NCBI RefSeq assembly: GCF_001194135.2
Contig: NC_069008.1
Coordinates: 17,306,913 to 17,370,912 of the forward strand
Source: Octopus bimaculoides
Taxonomy: Eukaryota
DNA length: 64,000 bases
Reading direction: 5' to 3'
Each line of letters starts with the position of its first letter. The first letter of the stretch is position 1. Positions 30,499-42,625 of the stretch are shown one piece after another. A model generated the notes under the pieces. It was not told the DNA's origin. It ran no database searches and worked only from the letters and a program-made list of their open reading frames with translations. Position numbers and translations under genes: made by a program.

Positions 30499-33400
30499 CT
30501 GAAGAGAGAGAAACATTGACTTACATTAATCAAACCATCATCATCATCATCGTTTAACGTCCACTTTCCCTGCTAGCATGGGTTGGACGATTTGACTGAG
30601 GACTGGTGAAACCGGATGGCAACACCAGGTTCCAATCTAATTTGGCAGAGTTTCTACAGCTGGATGCCCTTCCTAACGCCAACCACTCAGAGAGTGTAGT
30701 GGGTGCTTTTACGTGTCACCCGCACGAAGGCCAGTCAGGCGGTACTGGCAACGATCTCGCTCGAAAATCCTACAAAGGCCAGTCAGGCGGTACTGGCAAC
30801 AGCCACACTCAAAATGGTGCATCTTATGTGCCACCCGCACAAGAGCCAGTCCAGGGGCACTGGCAACGATCTCACTTGGCTTGCCGGGTCTTCTCACGCA
30901 CAGCACATTTCCAATGTGGCCAGATCTGGCTTTTTACACCTACCCTACAATGTCATTCTCAGAATAAAATAAACAATCCCATCATTAAAATCTCAAAGCT
31001 ATAAGATAATGCAGGATTAATTCAAAACGATATGAATATATAAGCATTATATTTTAAAGTGTAATCTGAATGCCATGTTCTACTGTGTTAGCAGTGCTCT
31101 TACATCACTTGTTAAGCATGCTTAGATGCATTGCACCACTGTAGAATTATCTCCCCAGTAGCTGCAGGCACATTGTATTGCATTGAGAGGGGAGAAAACT
31201 CATACAACGACATGATGCACCTGCTGTGTGCTAAAGGTTAAAAATTCAGAAATACTGTCTTCTTTTTTTTTACCTTGATCCTCTTCGTTCCTCTTCATTT
31301 TGGAAATAGATATAAGGAATGGTTGACTTGAAGGATGGAAATTTCTGGGTGTATTCCTGGTCATAATATCTGGATAATGAGATAAAAAAATAAAAAAGTA
31401 ATCTGACAAACATTGACAAATAAGGAATGGAAGAGTTTTATCAAAACATGGCATGACTAATTAGTACACAATTAAAATACCAAGAAGCTTGCTTCCCAAC
31501 CACATGGTTCTGGGTTCAGTCGGGCAAGTGTTTTCTACAGTAGCCTCAAGGCTCACCAAAGCCTTGTGAGTGGATTTGGTAGATGGAAACTAAAAGAAGC
31601 CTGTTGTGTGTGTGTGTGTAATCACATGATAGAGCAGGCTATCAGATGTTATACATTGCTAGTCACAATGCGCTTTTGCATTGCTTTAGCCCTCAAACGA
31701 TGCCCCCTCGCTGGGTAGGCGAGGTGGCCAACAATCCCCCCTGATCAAAGGGGGTGTGGAGCAATGTGAAATGAAGTGTTTTGCTGAAGAACACAATGCA
31801 CCACACTTCAGGGAATTGAAACTACGATCTAGCAACTGAGTGCAACAGCCTAACCACTAAGCCACACACCTTCACACACATATATAGGGTGCAGACATGG
31901 CTGTGTGGTAAGAAGTTTGCTTCCCAACCACATGGTTCCAGGTTCAATCACCCTGCATGACATCTTGGGTAACTTTCTTCTACTATAGCCTTGGGTCAAC
32001 CAAATCCTTACGAGTGGTTTTGGTAGATGGAAACTGAAAGAAGCCCGTTGAATTAAGTGCGCACGACCGCGTGTGTGTGTGCGTGCATTTGTCCTCCGGC
32101 CCTGCTTGACAATCAGTATTGGCATGTTTACATTGCTGTAACTTAGCAGTGCAGCTAAAGTAACTGATAAAATAAATAGCAAGCTTAATAATAAAAATAA
32201 AAAAAAAATTACTGAGATCAGTTTGTCTGACTAGAATTTCTACAAAGCGGTGCTCCAGCGTGGCCGCAGTCTAGTGACTTAAACAAGTAAATGATTAAAA
32301 AAAAAAAAAAGATACCCNNNNNNNNNNNNNNNNNNNNNNNNNNNNNNNNNNNNNNNNNNNNNNNNNNNNNNNNNNNNNNNNNNNNNNNNNNNNNNNNNNN
32401 NNNNNNNNNNNNNNNNNNNNNNNNNNNNNNNNNNNNNNNNNNNNNNNNNNNNNNNNNNNNNNNNNNNNNNNNNNNNNNNNNNNNNNNNNNNNNNNNNNNN
32501 NNNNNNNNNNNNNNNNNNNNNNNNNNNNNNNNNNNNNNNNNNNNNNNNNNNNNNNNNNNNNNNNNNNNNNNNNNNNNNNNNNNNNNNNNNNNNNNNNNNN
32601 NNNNNNNNNNNNNNNNNNNNNNNNNNNNNNNNNNNNNNNNNNNNNNNNNNNNNNNNNNNNNNNNNNNNNNNNNNNNNNNNNNNNNNNNNNNNNNNNNNNN
32701 NATGAATGGGTGTGTATGTGATTGTACGTATGGGTGTGTGTGTGTGTGTATATGAGAATGCATGTGAATGCGTGTGTGTTTATGGGCGTGTATGAATGTG
32801 TATATATGGGTGTGCGTATGAGTATGTATATGAATGTGTGTATGGGTGTATAGGCGTGGGTGTGTGTGCGCGTGGGTGTTTGTAGGAGTGTGTAGCAGAG
32901 ACAAAACTGAATCACCGAAATCACCAAGTTATAACTTAACCATAATCATTTCATATGATTGGTCGATTAACTGACCAATCAGTCTTGAGCTATCACTTGA
33001 TTTAACCTTCTAGAACAGGGGTCCCCAACCCTTTTAATATGCTTATCCTTATGTATATATATATATATATATATACACATATATATATATATATATGAAA
33101 TTTTGAATTTAGTTCATGGACCTCTCTATTACTTTTAAGGACCACCAGGGGTCCATAGACCCAAGGATGGGAACCACTGTTCTAGAGCCTTCTAGAATCT
33201 TCTAACAAGGCTTATGAAAAAAAAGTTTTGGTGCTAAAACCTCTGAATGTTGGGCACCGTTGCTGTGATGGCCACATTCTCATTTTCTTATTCAGCCCTG
33301 CAGAAGCAGTGTGCTAAATGGCTGTTTTAACAACTTCAGATTCGGCTGAGCAAATAGAAGCTACAGGTTTGCTGTTGTGAATCTTATATCATTAAAAGTG

Positions 33401-36137
33401 AAGCTGATCTCCATCTGTCTGTCAATGACAGCATATGTGTAGAGAGAAGGGGAAAAAAGGGAGGAGAAAGAGTTATTGAGAGAGAGAGAGAGAGAGTGTG
33501 TGAATGATCAATAAATAAGTTGTATTGTTACCTTAGTAACTATCAAGTTATGATTAAAACTGTGGGAATCCTAAGTACAAGCCTGTTAAAACAATGCAAC
33601 ACAGATTTCAAAAAGAGATTATTTGCATATATATATAACAGATATAGTTATTTATCCTTGGTTTTTAGTGTATGTATGTGAAAGAGAGATACGCAGTGAG
33701 CATTGCCAACTTAGTAACTAACAAGTTTCGATTAAACCTGGAAGTTTTAAATGCAAGTCTGTTAACACAAGGCAGCACAGACTTCAAAAGGAGACTATAC
33801 TCTTTCTCTCTCTTTTACTCTTTTACTTGTTTCAGTCATTTGACTGCGGCCATGCTGGAGCACTGCCTTTTAGTTGATAAAAAAAATCGACCCCAGAGCT
33901 TGTTCTTTGTAAGCCTAGTCCTTACTCTATCGGGCTCTTTTGCCGAACTACAAGCAACTTACCACACAGCCATGTAATGTAAGTGTATATGTTCGACAGA
34001 GTGCTAGTGTTTTGAGAGAGAAGTTTAGGCAAAAGAGGAATTGGTTGCTGTGTGCAAGAGAGAAGACTGTGCCGGTTTGGTCATGTGATGCAGATGAATG
34101 CTGACAACTCAATAATGCGCGTGTGTGTGTGGGTGTGTGTGTGTGAGCATCTGTGTGTCTAAGACACTTGTGTGTATATATGTAGATTTGTATGTGTTTA
34201 TGCATATGTGTGTGTGTTGGCAAACAAGGGCCAGGTGAACGAGTGAATGTAACATGGCCACCTCACCTGGTTCTAATAACTGTGGTTCGCTGTTATCTTC
34301 AGTGTTAGACAGACAATAGACTTCGTTAGAACTGCAAAAATAAATAGGGGCTCATTATATATATACATAACTCTCTCCCCACTTCTTCTTTTTCTTTGTC
34401 TTACAGGGGTCACCAAGTAAGACAACTATCTCGGTGTCTTTCTTATTTCTTTACTGCCCACAAGGGGCTACACACAGAGGGGACAAACAAGGACAGAAAA
34501 ACGGATTAAGTCGATTATATCGACCCCAGTGCGTAACTGGTACTTATTTAATCGACCCCGAAAGGATGAAAGGTAAAGTCGACCTCAGCGGAATTTGAAC
34601 TCAGAACATAATGGCAGACAAAATACCACTAAGCATGAAGAGTTACATCAATCTTTCTAACATATAATAATAATAATAATAATAATAACAATAATCCTTT
34701 CTATTGTAGGCACAAGGCTTCGAATTTGGGGGAAGGAATTAAGTTGATTATATCGGGCCCCAGTGCATAACCGGTACTTGTTAATCAACACTGAAAGGAT
34801 GAAAGGCAACGTTGATCTCAAATAATAATAATAATAATAATAATAATCTGCAGACATTTTAGGAAGTCAGTAGAACTTACCTGAGATCCATTAAGACAAT
34901 AGTAAAAGGTGAGAAATCCGTGCGGAGAGAAGCTAAAGTGTTCGTGTAAGACACAGCAGTATATTGGTCATTGTTCAAATAGTCGGACACAAGTTGACCT
35001 TGGAATGAAAAGAGAGAGAGTGTCGTAAGAAACATAGACACAAATATGTGTGCGTGTGTTTGGATGGATGGATTGATTGATAGAGAGACAGACAGGTAAA
35101 AAGATAGACAGGTAGCTAGAGAGATAAACAGAAAGATATACATTTAGTTAGAGAGATAGGTGAGCTAGACAGGTAGCTAGAGAAATAGAAATACAGAAAT
35201 ACATATAGATAGATAGGGTGATCAAATAAGAAAAAAACAAAATGGTCAACAGTCCTTCCTGTGCCATAAACTCAAAGTTGGTTTTCTCTTTGCCAGCTGA
35301 GTGGAATGGAGTAATGCAAAATGAAGTGTTTTGCTTAAGAACGCAATGATTGCCCAGTCCAGGAATTGAAACTATAATCTCAAGATCATGAGTGCAACAC
35401 CCTAACCACTTAGCCATGTGCCTCAATCGATCAATCAATAGATTGAAAGATAGATAGACAGATAAATAAATAGATGGATGGATGGATAGACAAACAGATA
35501 GACAGATAGACATATATATAGATAAATAAATAGACAAATAGATAGATGAACAGACAGATAGATAGATAAGATAGGTAGATAAATAGTTATATCTGTGTGT
35601 GTGTGTGTGTTTGTAAATGAAGACAAAATCAAAAAGAAGGACAGTTCACGTACCACGATGCTTCTTGGAAGGGTCTGGTTCCTCACAGTAAATGTTTAGT
35701 AAACAAGATAATTTACCATTCCGGTTCACAGCTAGCCATGTTCCACCTTCTCGTCCCTCCATAAGATCCATACCTTGATGAAACAAACGCAGAAGAGCTA
35801 AAGACAGTGTCGGTTGATTAGGTATACAAATTCACACATTTTTAAACACTGTTTTTCATCACCGTCACCCGCCAACACCATCAACACTATCATCATATCG
35901 ACATTATCATGATCATCAAAGCTGGCTGAATCATTAGCACGCTGGGCGAAATGTTTATTGGTATTTCGTCTACCGCTACATTCTGAGATCAAATTCCACC
36001 GTGGCTGATTTTGCCTTTCATCCTTTCAGGGTCAATAAATTAAGTACCAGTGAAACGCTGGGGTTGATGTAATCAACTAGTCCCCTCCTCCCCCCATATT
36101 TCAGGCCTTGTGCCTTTAACAGAAAGGACTATTATTA

Positions 36138-36177
<40 letters not shown>

Positions 36178-36950
36178 GGTAGTGAGCTGGTAGACTTGTT
36201 AGTATGCTGGGCAAAGTGCTTTACGGTATTTCATCCGTTTCTATGTTCTGAGTTCAAACTCTGCTGGGGTTGACTTTGCCTTTCATCCCAGCCACATCAT
36301 TCTGGGTTCAGTCCTACTGCGTGGCACCTTGGGCAAGTGTCTTCTACTACAGCCTCGGCACAACCAAATCCTTGCGAGTGGATTTGGTAGACGGAAACTG
36401 AAAGAAACCTGTTGTACATATATATATGTATGTGTATGTGTCTGTGTCCTATAACTTAGTAGTTCAGCAAAAAGAGGCTGATAAAATAAATACTAGGCTA
36501 ACAAACCCTTTAAGGTGGTGGCTCCAGCATGGCCACAGTCAAATGACAAGCAAATAAAAGACGTGTGTGTGTGTGTTTGTTCTCCACCCCCACTTCAACC
36601 AGTTGACAACAAGTGTTGGTGTGTTTGTGTTCCTGTAACTTAGCAGTTCAGCAAAAGATATTAATAGAATAAGTACCACTTCTTTAAAAAAAGAAGTACA
36701 GCAGTTGATTCATTTGACAAAAAATTGCTCAAGCCGGTGCCCCAGCAGGGCCACAGTCTAGTGAGTGAAACAAGTAAAAGATAAAAGAGAACAAGAACTA
36801 CCACTTACCACCAATACACTGAGGATTGTCCTTCCAGAATCCGAGGGGTAATGTGAGGCGATCCCAGCTTTCATCACGGATATTGGCTAAGATCAGGCGA
36901 TATTTATCTGGCGAAGGATCAGCGAGGAAATGGAAGAAGAGCATACACAT
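30369..36950 (-). CDS. TANGO2: Transport and Golgi organization 2 homolog (NRDE domain), whole spliced CDS span; one internal exon not visible
   Basis: N-terminal MC..F..., YRLILANIRDE, EGGTWL, RGQLV, GSRTHTVLLVD..G....ER match TANGO2/NRDE proteins. Visible exons total 671 nt and need one further exon of length 1 mod 3. Confidence 0.93.
30540..30910 (-). mobile_element. Repeat family C = RTE-LINE 3'-end copies (others: 10600-10750, 23940-24180, 37700-37800 on minus; 28220-28290, 58775-58845, 62830-62975 on plus)
   Basis: Shared GGTTGGCGTTAGGAAGGGCATCCAGCTGTAGAAA block and (GAT)n tail; the same block follows the stop codon of the RTE ORF2 at 16680. Confidence 0.75.
31274..31369 (-). CDS. TANGO2: TANGO2 penultimate exon (96 nt) YYDQEYTQKFPSFKSTIPYIYFQNEEERRGS(R)
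   Basis: Acceptor atctcattatccag; donor gtaaaa at 31273; joins the last exon to give GSR|THT (family GTR|TNT). Confidence 0.75.
33016..33179. mobile_element. hAT-Charlie-type MITE (164 bp) in a TANGO2 intron
   Basis: TIRs CAGGGGTCCCCAACC / GGATGGGAACCACTG; 8-bp TSD TTCTAGAA / TTCTAGAG fits the NTCTAGAN target. Confidence 0.8.
34267..34331 (-). CDS. TANGO2: TANGO2 exon 4 (65 nt) SNEVYCLSNTEDNSEPQLLEP(G)
   Basis: Acceptor atttttgcag; donor gtgagg at 34266; phases 2 to 1; aligns to the family YYGN...P..L.PG segment. Confidence 0.85.
34881..34998 (-). CDS. TANGO2: TANGO2 exon 3 (118 nt) (G)QLVSDYLNNDQYTAVSYTNTLASLRTDFSPFTIVLMDL(S)
   Basis: Acceptor ttttcattccaag; donor gtaagt at 34880. Confidence 0.9.
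35654..35773 (-). CDS. TANGO2: TANGO2 exon 2 (120 nt) (G)MDLMEGREGGTWLAVNRNGKLSCLLNIYCEEPDPSKKHR
   Basis: Acceptor tttcatcaag; donor gtacgt at 35653. Confidence 0.94.
36809..36950 (-). CDS. TANGO2: TANGO2 coding exon 1 MCMLFFHFLADPSPDKYRLILANIRDESWDRLTLPLGFWKDNPQCIG
   Basis: ATG at 36950, 34 nt after an acceptor at 36985; donor gtaagt at 36808. Not in the supplied ORF track. Confidence 0.93.
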
Positions 36951-37787
36951 TGTCAGAGGATTGTGTCAGGATGAGGATGTCCTCCTGGTGGCAGAGAAAG
37001 GGAGAGAAATGTAGCAAAACCACTGACCAATGGGGGAACGGTTAGATCAGTCGGCACCTGGAGGTTGAGAATGTGTATGGTGTTCTGACGTCACCTCACA
37101 CAAAACCACTGAAATTTTCCCTCTGGTCAGAACTGGGCCTCTAAGAAAAAAACAGGCAGTGACTTCTTAAGAATGGTGGATGACTATCAGGCCAAAACAA
37201 ATTATAGAATCCCTACAAGTCAACCAAGAACACTGGACTTGACCGTGGTCGAATCGTCGGGTGACAGGACGTGAAGTAAATCAATCAAATCACAATCAAA
37301 TGGAAATTGTAGTTGTGGCCTGGGGTGCCACACTGTGGGAGTGAACCTAGAACCATGCGGTTGGGAAGAAAGCTTCTTACCACACAATTGCACCTGTCAT
37401 GTTCATAAAATAGTTTTGCAATAAAACGAAAAATACTTTTCATGTTTTTGTTTTGCATTTTTTTTCTAAGTTAGCAACCAAACAAAAAGATATTTAAACA
37501 ACTGAAATAATCTGATTTTCTGCCCAAACTGGATTGAATAGTCCTATATATAAGTATGTGTGTGTATGTGTGTCACACTGTTTAAGCCTGTTAAAGAATA
37601 CAAGCAATGTTTCCTCTCCGTTTTGTAAAAGGCAGTGAAAAGAGGTCGAGGTCAGATCTGCACTGGTGAAGCGTTCACCAGCAACAACCACCCAAACAGA
37701 CCCATGAGTTGGCTCCAATCTGATCTGGCAGAGTTTCTACAGCTGGATGCTCTTCCTAATGCCAACCACTCTGGGAGTGTAGTCAGT

Positions 37788-38090
37788 ACTTTTTATGTGC
37801 CACCAGCACAGGAGCCAGTAAGGTGAACCTGGCACCAATCACGTTTGGATGGTGCTTTATATGTGCCACCGGCACCGGAGCCAGTAAGGTGGTCCTGCCA
37901 CCGAACACATTTGGATGGTACTTTTTATGTGCCACCAGCACAGGAGCCAGTAAGGTGAACCTGGCACCAATCACGTTTGGATGGTGCTTTATATGTGCCA
38001 CCGGCACCGGAGCCAGTAAGGTGGGCCTGCCACCGAACACATTTGGATGGTACTTTTTATGTGCCACTGGCACAGGAGTCAGTCAGGCTC
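37788..38090. repeat. About 65-bp unit x5 organised as a 131-bp dimer (higher-order repeat)
   Basis: ATGTGCCAC recurs with A-B-A-B-A alternation (CAGCACAGG vs CGGCACCGG). Confidence 0.9.
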
Positions 38091-40448
38091 ATATACATAT
38101 ATATATATGTGTATATATATATTTCAGATAGCAAGACAGTGTGTGAGAGAAAATCATGATGTGAGAAAATGTGTTCGCATGGATGATGGGTTACTGGGCA
38201 GTTTAGTAACCCTTCGAAGAAGGAAGAGCTACTATGAAGGGCTACTAAATGCGGAGAACTAATGGGAGAGAGAGTCTTCCAACAGAAGGACCCATCTAGC
38301 TGAATAGACAATAGCAAGGTAGACAAAGCCATGAAGAATATAAAAATGGGAGAAGCACCTGGCCCATCTGGAATGTGTATGTTTGCCCCCACCGCTATCA
38401 TTTGACAACTGATGTTGGTGTGTTTACGTCCCTGCAACTTAACAGTTTGGCGAAAGAGACCGATAGAATAAATACCAGGCTTACAAAGAATAAGTCCTGG
38501 GGGTGGGGGTCGATCTATTTGACTAAAGGCGGTGCTCCAGCATGGCTGCAGTCAAATGACAGTAACAGATAACAATAAAAGAATGGAGAACAGTGTTGCC
38601 AACAAACTGCCCACTCACTTCAAGTTTTTGAATATAAATAGAATCAGAATACCTGTACTTGAAAAACTAGTTCAGAATTAGTAACAAAAAGTACAGGTGA
38701 CTATAAGACAAGGTAGGGCACAGTACTCACTTAAAAGCCTCATGCCTACTTTAGAGTTTATTTTCGTTGTACAGGATGTTTAGTGGAGGTGCAATGGCCC
38801 AGTGGTTAGGGCAGCAGCCTCTCGGTCATAGGATCGTGGTTTCAATTCCCAGACCGGGCGTTGTGAGTGTTTATTGAGCGAAAACACCTAAAGCTCCACG
38901 AGGCTCCGGCAGGGGATGGTGGCGAATCCTGCTGTACTCTTCCACCACAACTTTCTCTCACTCTTACTTCCTGTTTCTGTTGTGCCTGTAATTCAAAGGG
39001 TCAGCCTTGTCACACTTTGTGCCACGGTGAATATCCCAGAGAACTACGTTAAGAGTAGCACCACAAGAATGGTTGTGTGAAACATGGGAGTGTTTTTTTT
39101 TTTGGCCACCTCCAGTATATTCATCGAATCTGTGCATGGAATGGTTATGCAGTCATGCTTTTGCTATTAAAAGTTTAATGGTTCAAGGTTAACCTGAGTT
39201 AAGCGACTACAACAACAAGGCCTTTCTGCATGGTCATCCAAACTGCTAGACATAGCAGCCAAACGTAAAAACAAACAAATGGATATTTAAGAATTCCAAA
39301 ATAAAACCTAACGTAATGTGGTCATTATTTCCAAGTGGACTTCGGAATGTAACACTAAATCAGCTTCGTTTGTGAATGTAAGACATTAAAAATGGGACAC
39401 ATTGCACAATGTAGTCCAAAGTACACTTGTGTGTAACAGAAAGAAGGAAAAAGCTGATATGGTCATTCTGTGATGCTTTTGATATCAAAGATCTGTTGGT
39501 TCAAGTTTAAACTGTGTTAACCCTTTTGATACCAACCTGGCTGAAACCACTTCTGGCTCTGTAGTACAAATGTCTTGTTTTCATAAGTTTTGAATTAAAA
39601 TCTTCCACCAAACCTTAGTCACAATTTATGTTCCTAACACTAGCTGAATGATAACGAAGTTATTTTACCAAATTCTTTGTTATATTTAAAATTAATTGAA
39701 ACAAACCTTGTCAAGCCAAGTGAAATTGTAGTCGTGACCGATGCTGGCATCACATAACTGGCACCCATGCAGGCGGCACATAAAAATCACCTGTGCCATC
39801 AGCACAGGTGCTACTGACGTGATACTGGCATCGGCCATGCAATTGAACTGTACTTTTTACATGTCTCAAAGAATTGTCTGATCCAGTCAAGCAAGGAAAT
39901 GTGAATGTGATGCTGATGATGATGATGTACATAAAAACAGAGTTTTTAAAAGAAATTTTTTTAAAGCCCTGCAACCCCAGAAGTATGAAAGGCCCCAACA
40001 ACTTCAGCAAGATAGGAACGTTACAACATACCGTAATAGATACCTAAGCTACCACTACACTACAGCTCATCTACCAGTACTAGATTAACCATTAAGCAAG
40101 ACAAACACATGCCTAGGGCATCAAGGGAAGGAGGGGGGCACCACAGAAATGGTAAATGGTTTACAGCACAAAAGAAATCACTTTAAAATTGTTAAAATAC
40201 TATTCAAAGTGGTTTATATGATTGGGAATATAATTTTAGAGTGTTCATGGTGTCACAGGAAGGATCTGATCAAAGATTTTGCATTTAAAAAAGTCAAAGA
40301 AAACTTCTTCAAATCTAAATAAATTGGAATTATACAAAAATAAACATCATTTTCCATCTTAATGTCAGTTTTGTTTCATTTTAAAAAATAAAAAAAATTA
40401 TTTAATGGTTTATTATTGTTTATATTTTGAATTACATATATATATAAA

Positions 40449-40615
40449 TAGGCGCAGGAGTGGCTGTGTGGTAAGTAGCCTGCTTACCAACCACATGGTT
40501 CCGGGTTCAGTCCCACTGCGTGGCACCTTCGGCAAGTGTCTTCTACTATAGCCTCGGGCCGACCAAAGCCTTGTTAGTGGATTTGGTAGACGGAAACTGA
40601 AATAAGCCCGTCGTA

Positions 40616-40646
<31 letters not shown>

Positions 40647-40818
40647 GTTTGTGTGTCTGTGTTTGCCCCCCCACCCAACTTAGCGGTTCGGCAAAAGAAA
40701 CCGATAGAATAAGTACTAGGCTTCCAAAGAATAAGTCCTGGGGTCGATTTGCTCGACTAAAGGCGGTGCTCCAGCATGGCCACAGTCAAATGACTGAAAC
40801 AAGTAGAAGAGAAAGAGA
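40449..40818 (+). mobile_element. tRNA-derived SINE family A, near-full copy (others: 59966-60524 +, 31888-32290 +, 36295-36780 +, 20786-21200 -, many halves)
   Basis: A-box TGGCTGTGTGGT, B-box GGTTCAGTCCC, central (TA/TG)n and a shared 3' block ending GGTGCTCCAGCATGGCC...AAACAAGTAAAAG; more than 10 copies in the window. Confidence 0.88.
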
Positions 40819-41989
40819 GATATGGGAGCAGCAAAATCTTTTAACTGCTTAGGGCCTCTGTGGGTCTTAATCCGTTCCTGGTTAATACAATACTATCCCT
40901 TAGAGGGCAGGGTGAAGACAATCGACAAACCAAGACCACCGTCCATTCTACAGTCCAAATAATAAACCAGTGCAAGTCCGAGAAGAAAGCGAGGCCCTTA
41001 ATAAATAATCTTAGAGCTGTTGTAACATTATTGCAGATTAAAAAAAAAACACCTGGGAGAAGTGGCGGGGTTGGTGGTTTTACATTTTTTTTTTTTTTAC
41101 TGACAGCAAACCACAACCGACAAAAATTGGCAATGGGCCTTAGACCTGTGAGCCTCCAGCTTCTCTGTAACTGTCCAGTGTACTGCCCTTGCGTTGAGCC
41201 GGTGGGTTTTAAGGTTAATATCAATCTGTTGACCGGGTTAGCACTCTCACCTGGTTCGCGGCTGTCTTTCAGCAAGGTTCACTCTCTTGCTATAATTCGG
41301 GCTAGATTTCCCGGTCTAGGGATCATTTGAGTTACGCCCCCCTCTTCTATGACTTCAAGATTGTGTGTGTGTGTGTGTGTGTGAGAGAGCTTAAATGTGT
41401 ACAATAAAATAAAGGTAAGTGTTTCCTATGGCGAAAGTAAAGAATACGCACACCCCGGTGTTTAGGGTTAGGGTTTAGGCTTTTAGTTACGCCGAAACGG
41501 GTGATGTACGTAATTTTTAAAACTTCCACCGTTTTCTATTAGGGCCGTTTTGTGAGTGAAGTGTAATAGTAAATAAAATAACAGAGAAAAAGGGGATGGA
41601 ATTGGGGATTAAGTTGTAAAAGAAACGAACGAATGAATTTGTTAAAAAAATAATTGAAATTTTGGACGGAAAATTCTTTGACGGAGGGAAACGACCATCC
41701 GGTTCGTGAAATAATTGAGAATTATTCCACAAAATCCGTCGATGACAGTTTGAAGACGGATTTAATAGTCGAACTATTTATTTATTTATTTATGGGTTTC
41801 AGCCAAGCGGCTGTGGTCATGCTGGAGCACCACCGTGGTGGATAACACTGGGTTTATTATTTATTTGCCAGTCGGCGAGTGTTTCGTGTAGAGATATGTG
41901 TCTGAGGGAAGGGCTGCAACACCAACCGCTAACACCACACCAACAAAAGCAAACGTGTAAAGAAGAAAACAGGAGCGAAAAGCGAAACA

Positions 41990-42320
41990 AGGCCCCATTT
42001 AATACTGTCTTACGTGAATAACGAGAGAGAAAAATCATTTGACGAGGGGACTGCACCATCACCAGCAACATCACAACAGGAAACATATAAATAACGATTG
42101 CAATAGCAACAATTAACAAAACGAGACCCCATTTAATACTGTCCCATATGAATAACAGCAAAAAAGGCTCCTTTGACGATGGGGGGGGGGACCGTATTAT
42201 TACCCTCAACACCATTACTACAGCAGCAAACATGTAAATAGCGACTGTAATAATAACAACAGAAGCAATAATTAGCAAATAAGACACTATTTAACACTGT
42301 CTCACATGAATAAGGGGGCG
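41990..42320. repeat. Three diverged 134-158 bp units
   Basis: C(C/A)C(C/T)ATTTAA(T/C)ACTGTC...TGAATAA at 41993, 42127 and 42285. Confidence 0.7.
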
Positions 42321-42473
42321 AACCCTAATGAAAGCGCCAAACCCCGTTAGGATCCATGGTAACACGGTTTACTGCGGACTTGTCTCTTTAGCATGTAAAC
42401 AAAACCCTTTAACCAAAGTTCAACGAAGATTAAGCGTAAATTGATAAGAAATAGAGGTAGAGGTGGTTCCTAC

Positions 42474-42625
42474 CGTCTGTCGTCGGGTAAAGATCGTTGC
42501 TTGTTTGGTCAGGTGGAGAAGGTTTAAGGTAAAAAAGGATCCCAAAAGAAAGACACCCAAGTGGGCAGGACGACGCGAAATGGATTTTGGTCAAGAGAAC
42601 CACAACGACGCATGCGCAGAATAAA
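42474..42625 (-). promoter_or_regulatory. Possible TANGO2 promoter and non-coding first exon; NRF1/Ewg-like ACGCATGCGCA at 42608-42618
   Basis: CpG-rich patch; candidate donor gtagga at 42473. The acceptor at 36985 requires an upstream UTR exon. Inference only. Confidence 0.3.

Noticed and set aside
33532-33582. 51-nt AG/GT-bounded segment as the missing TANGO2 exon
   Set aside because: Stop codons in all three frames and wrong length phase.
22769-36950. U12-type introns (prompted by ARMC7 function)
   Set aside because: All visible donors in the three genes are U2-type (gtaag, gtgag, gtacg, gtcag, gtaaa, gtgaa); no RTATCCTT donor.
37494-37718. ORF ending PVWAENQIIS as a TANGO2 exon
   Set aside because: The equivalent segment is already encoded at 36809-36950; no donor site.
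40841-41330. Overlapping ORFs on both strands (156 and 144 aa)
   Set aside because: No recognisable domain, homopolymer-encoded K/F runs and no convincing splice structure; probably intronic to the TANGO2 5' UTR.
41461-41480. Interstitial telomere
   Set aside because: Only 2-3 imperfect TTAGGG units, inside a small inverted-repeat element.
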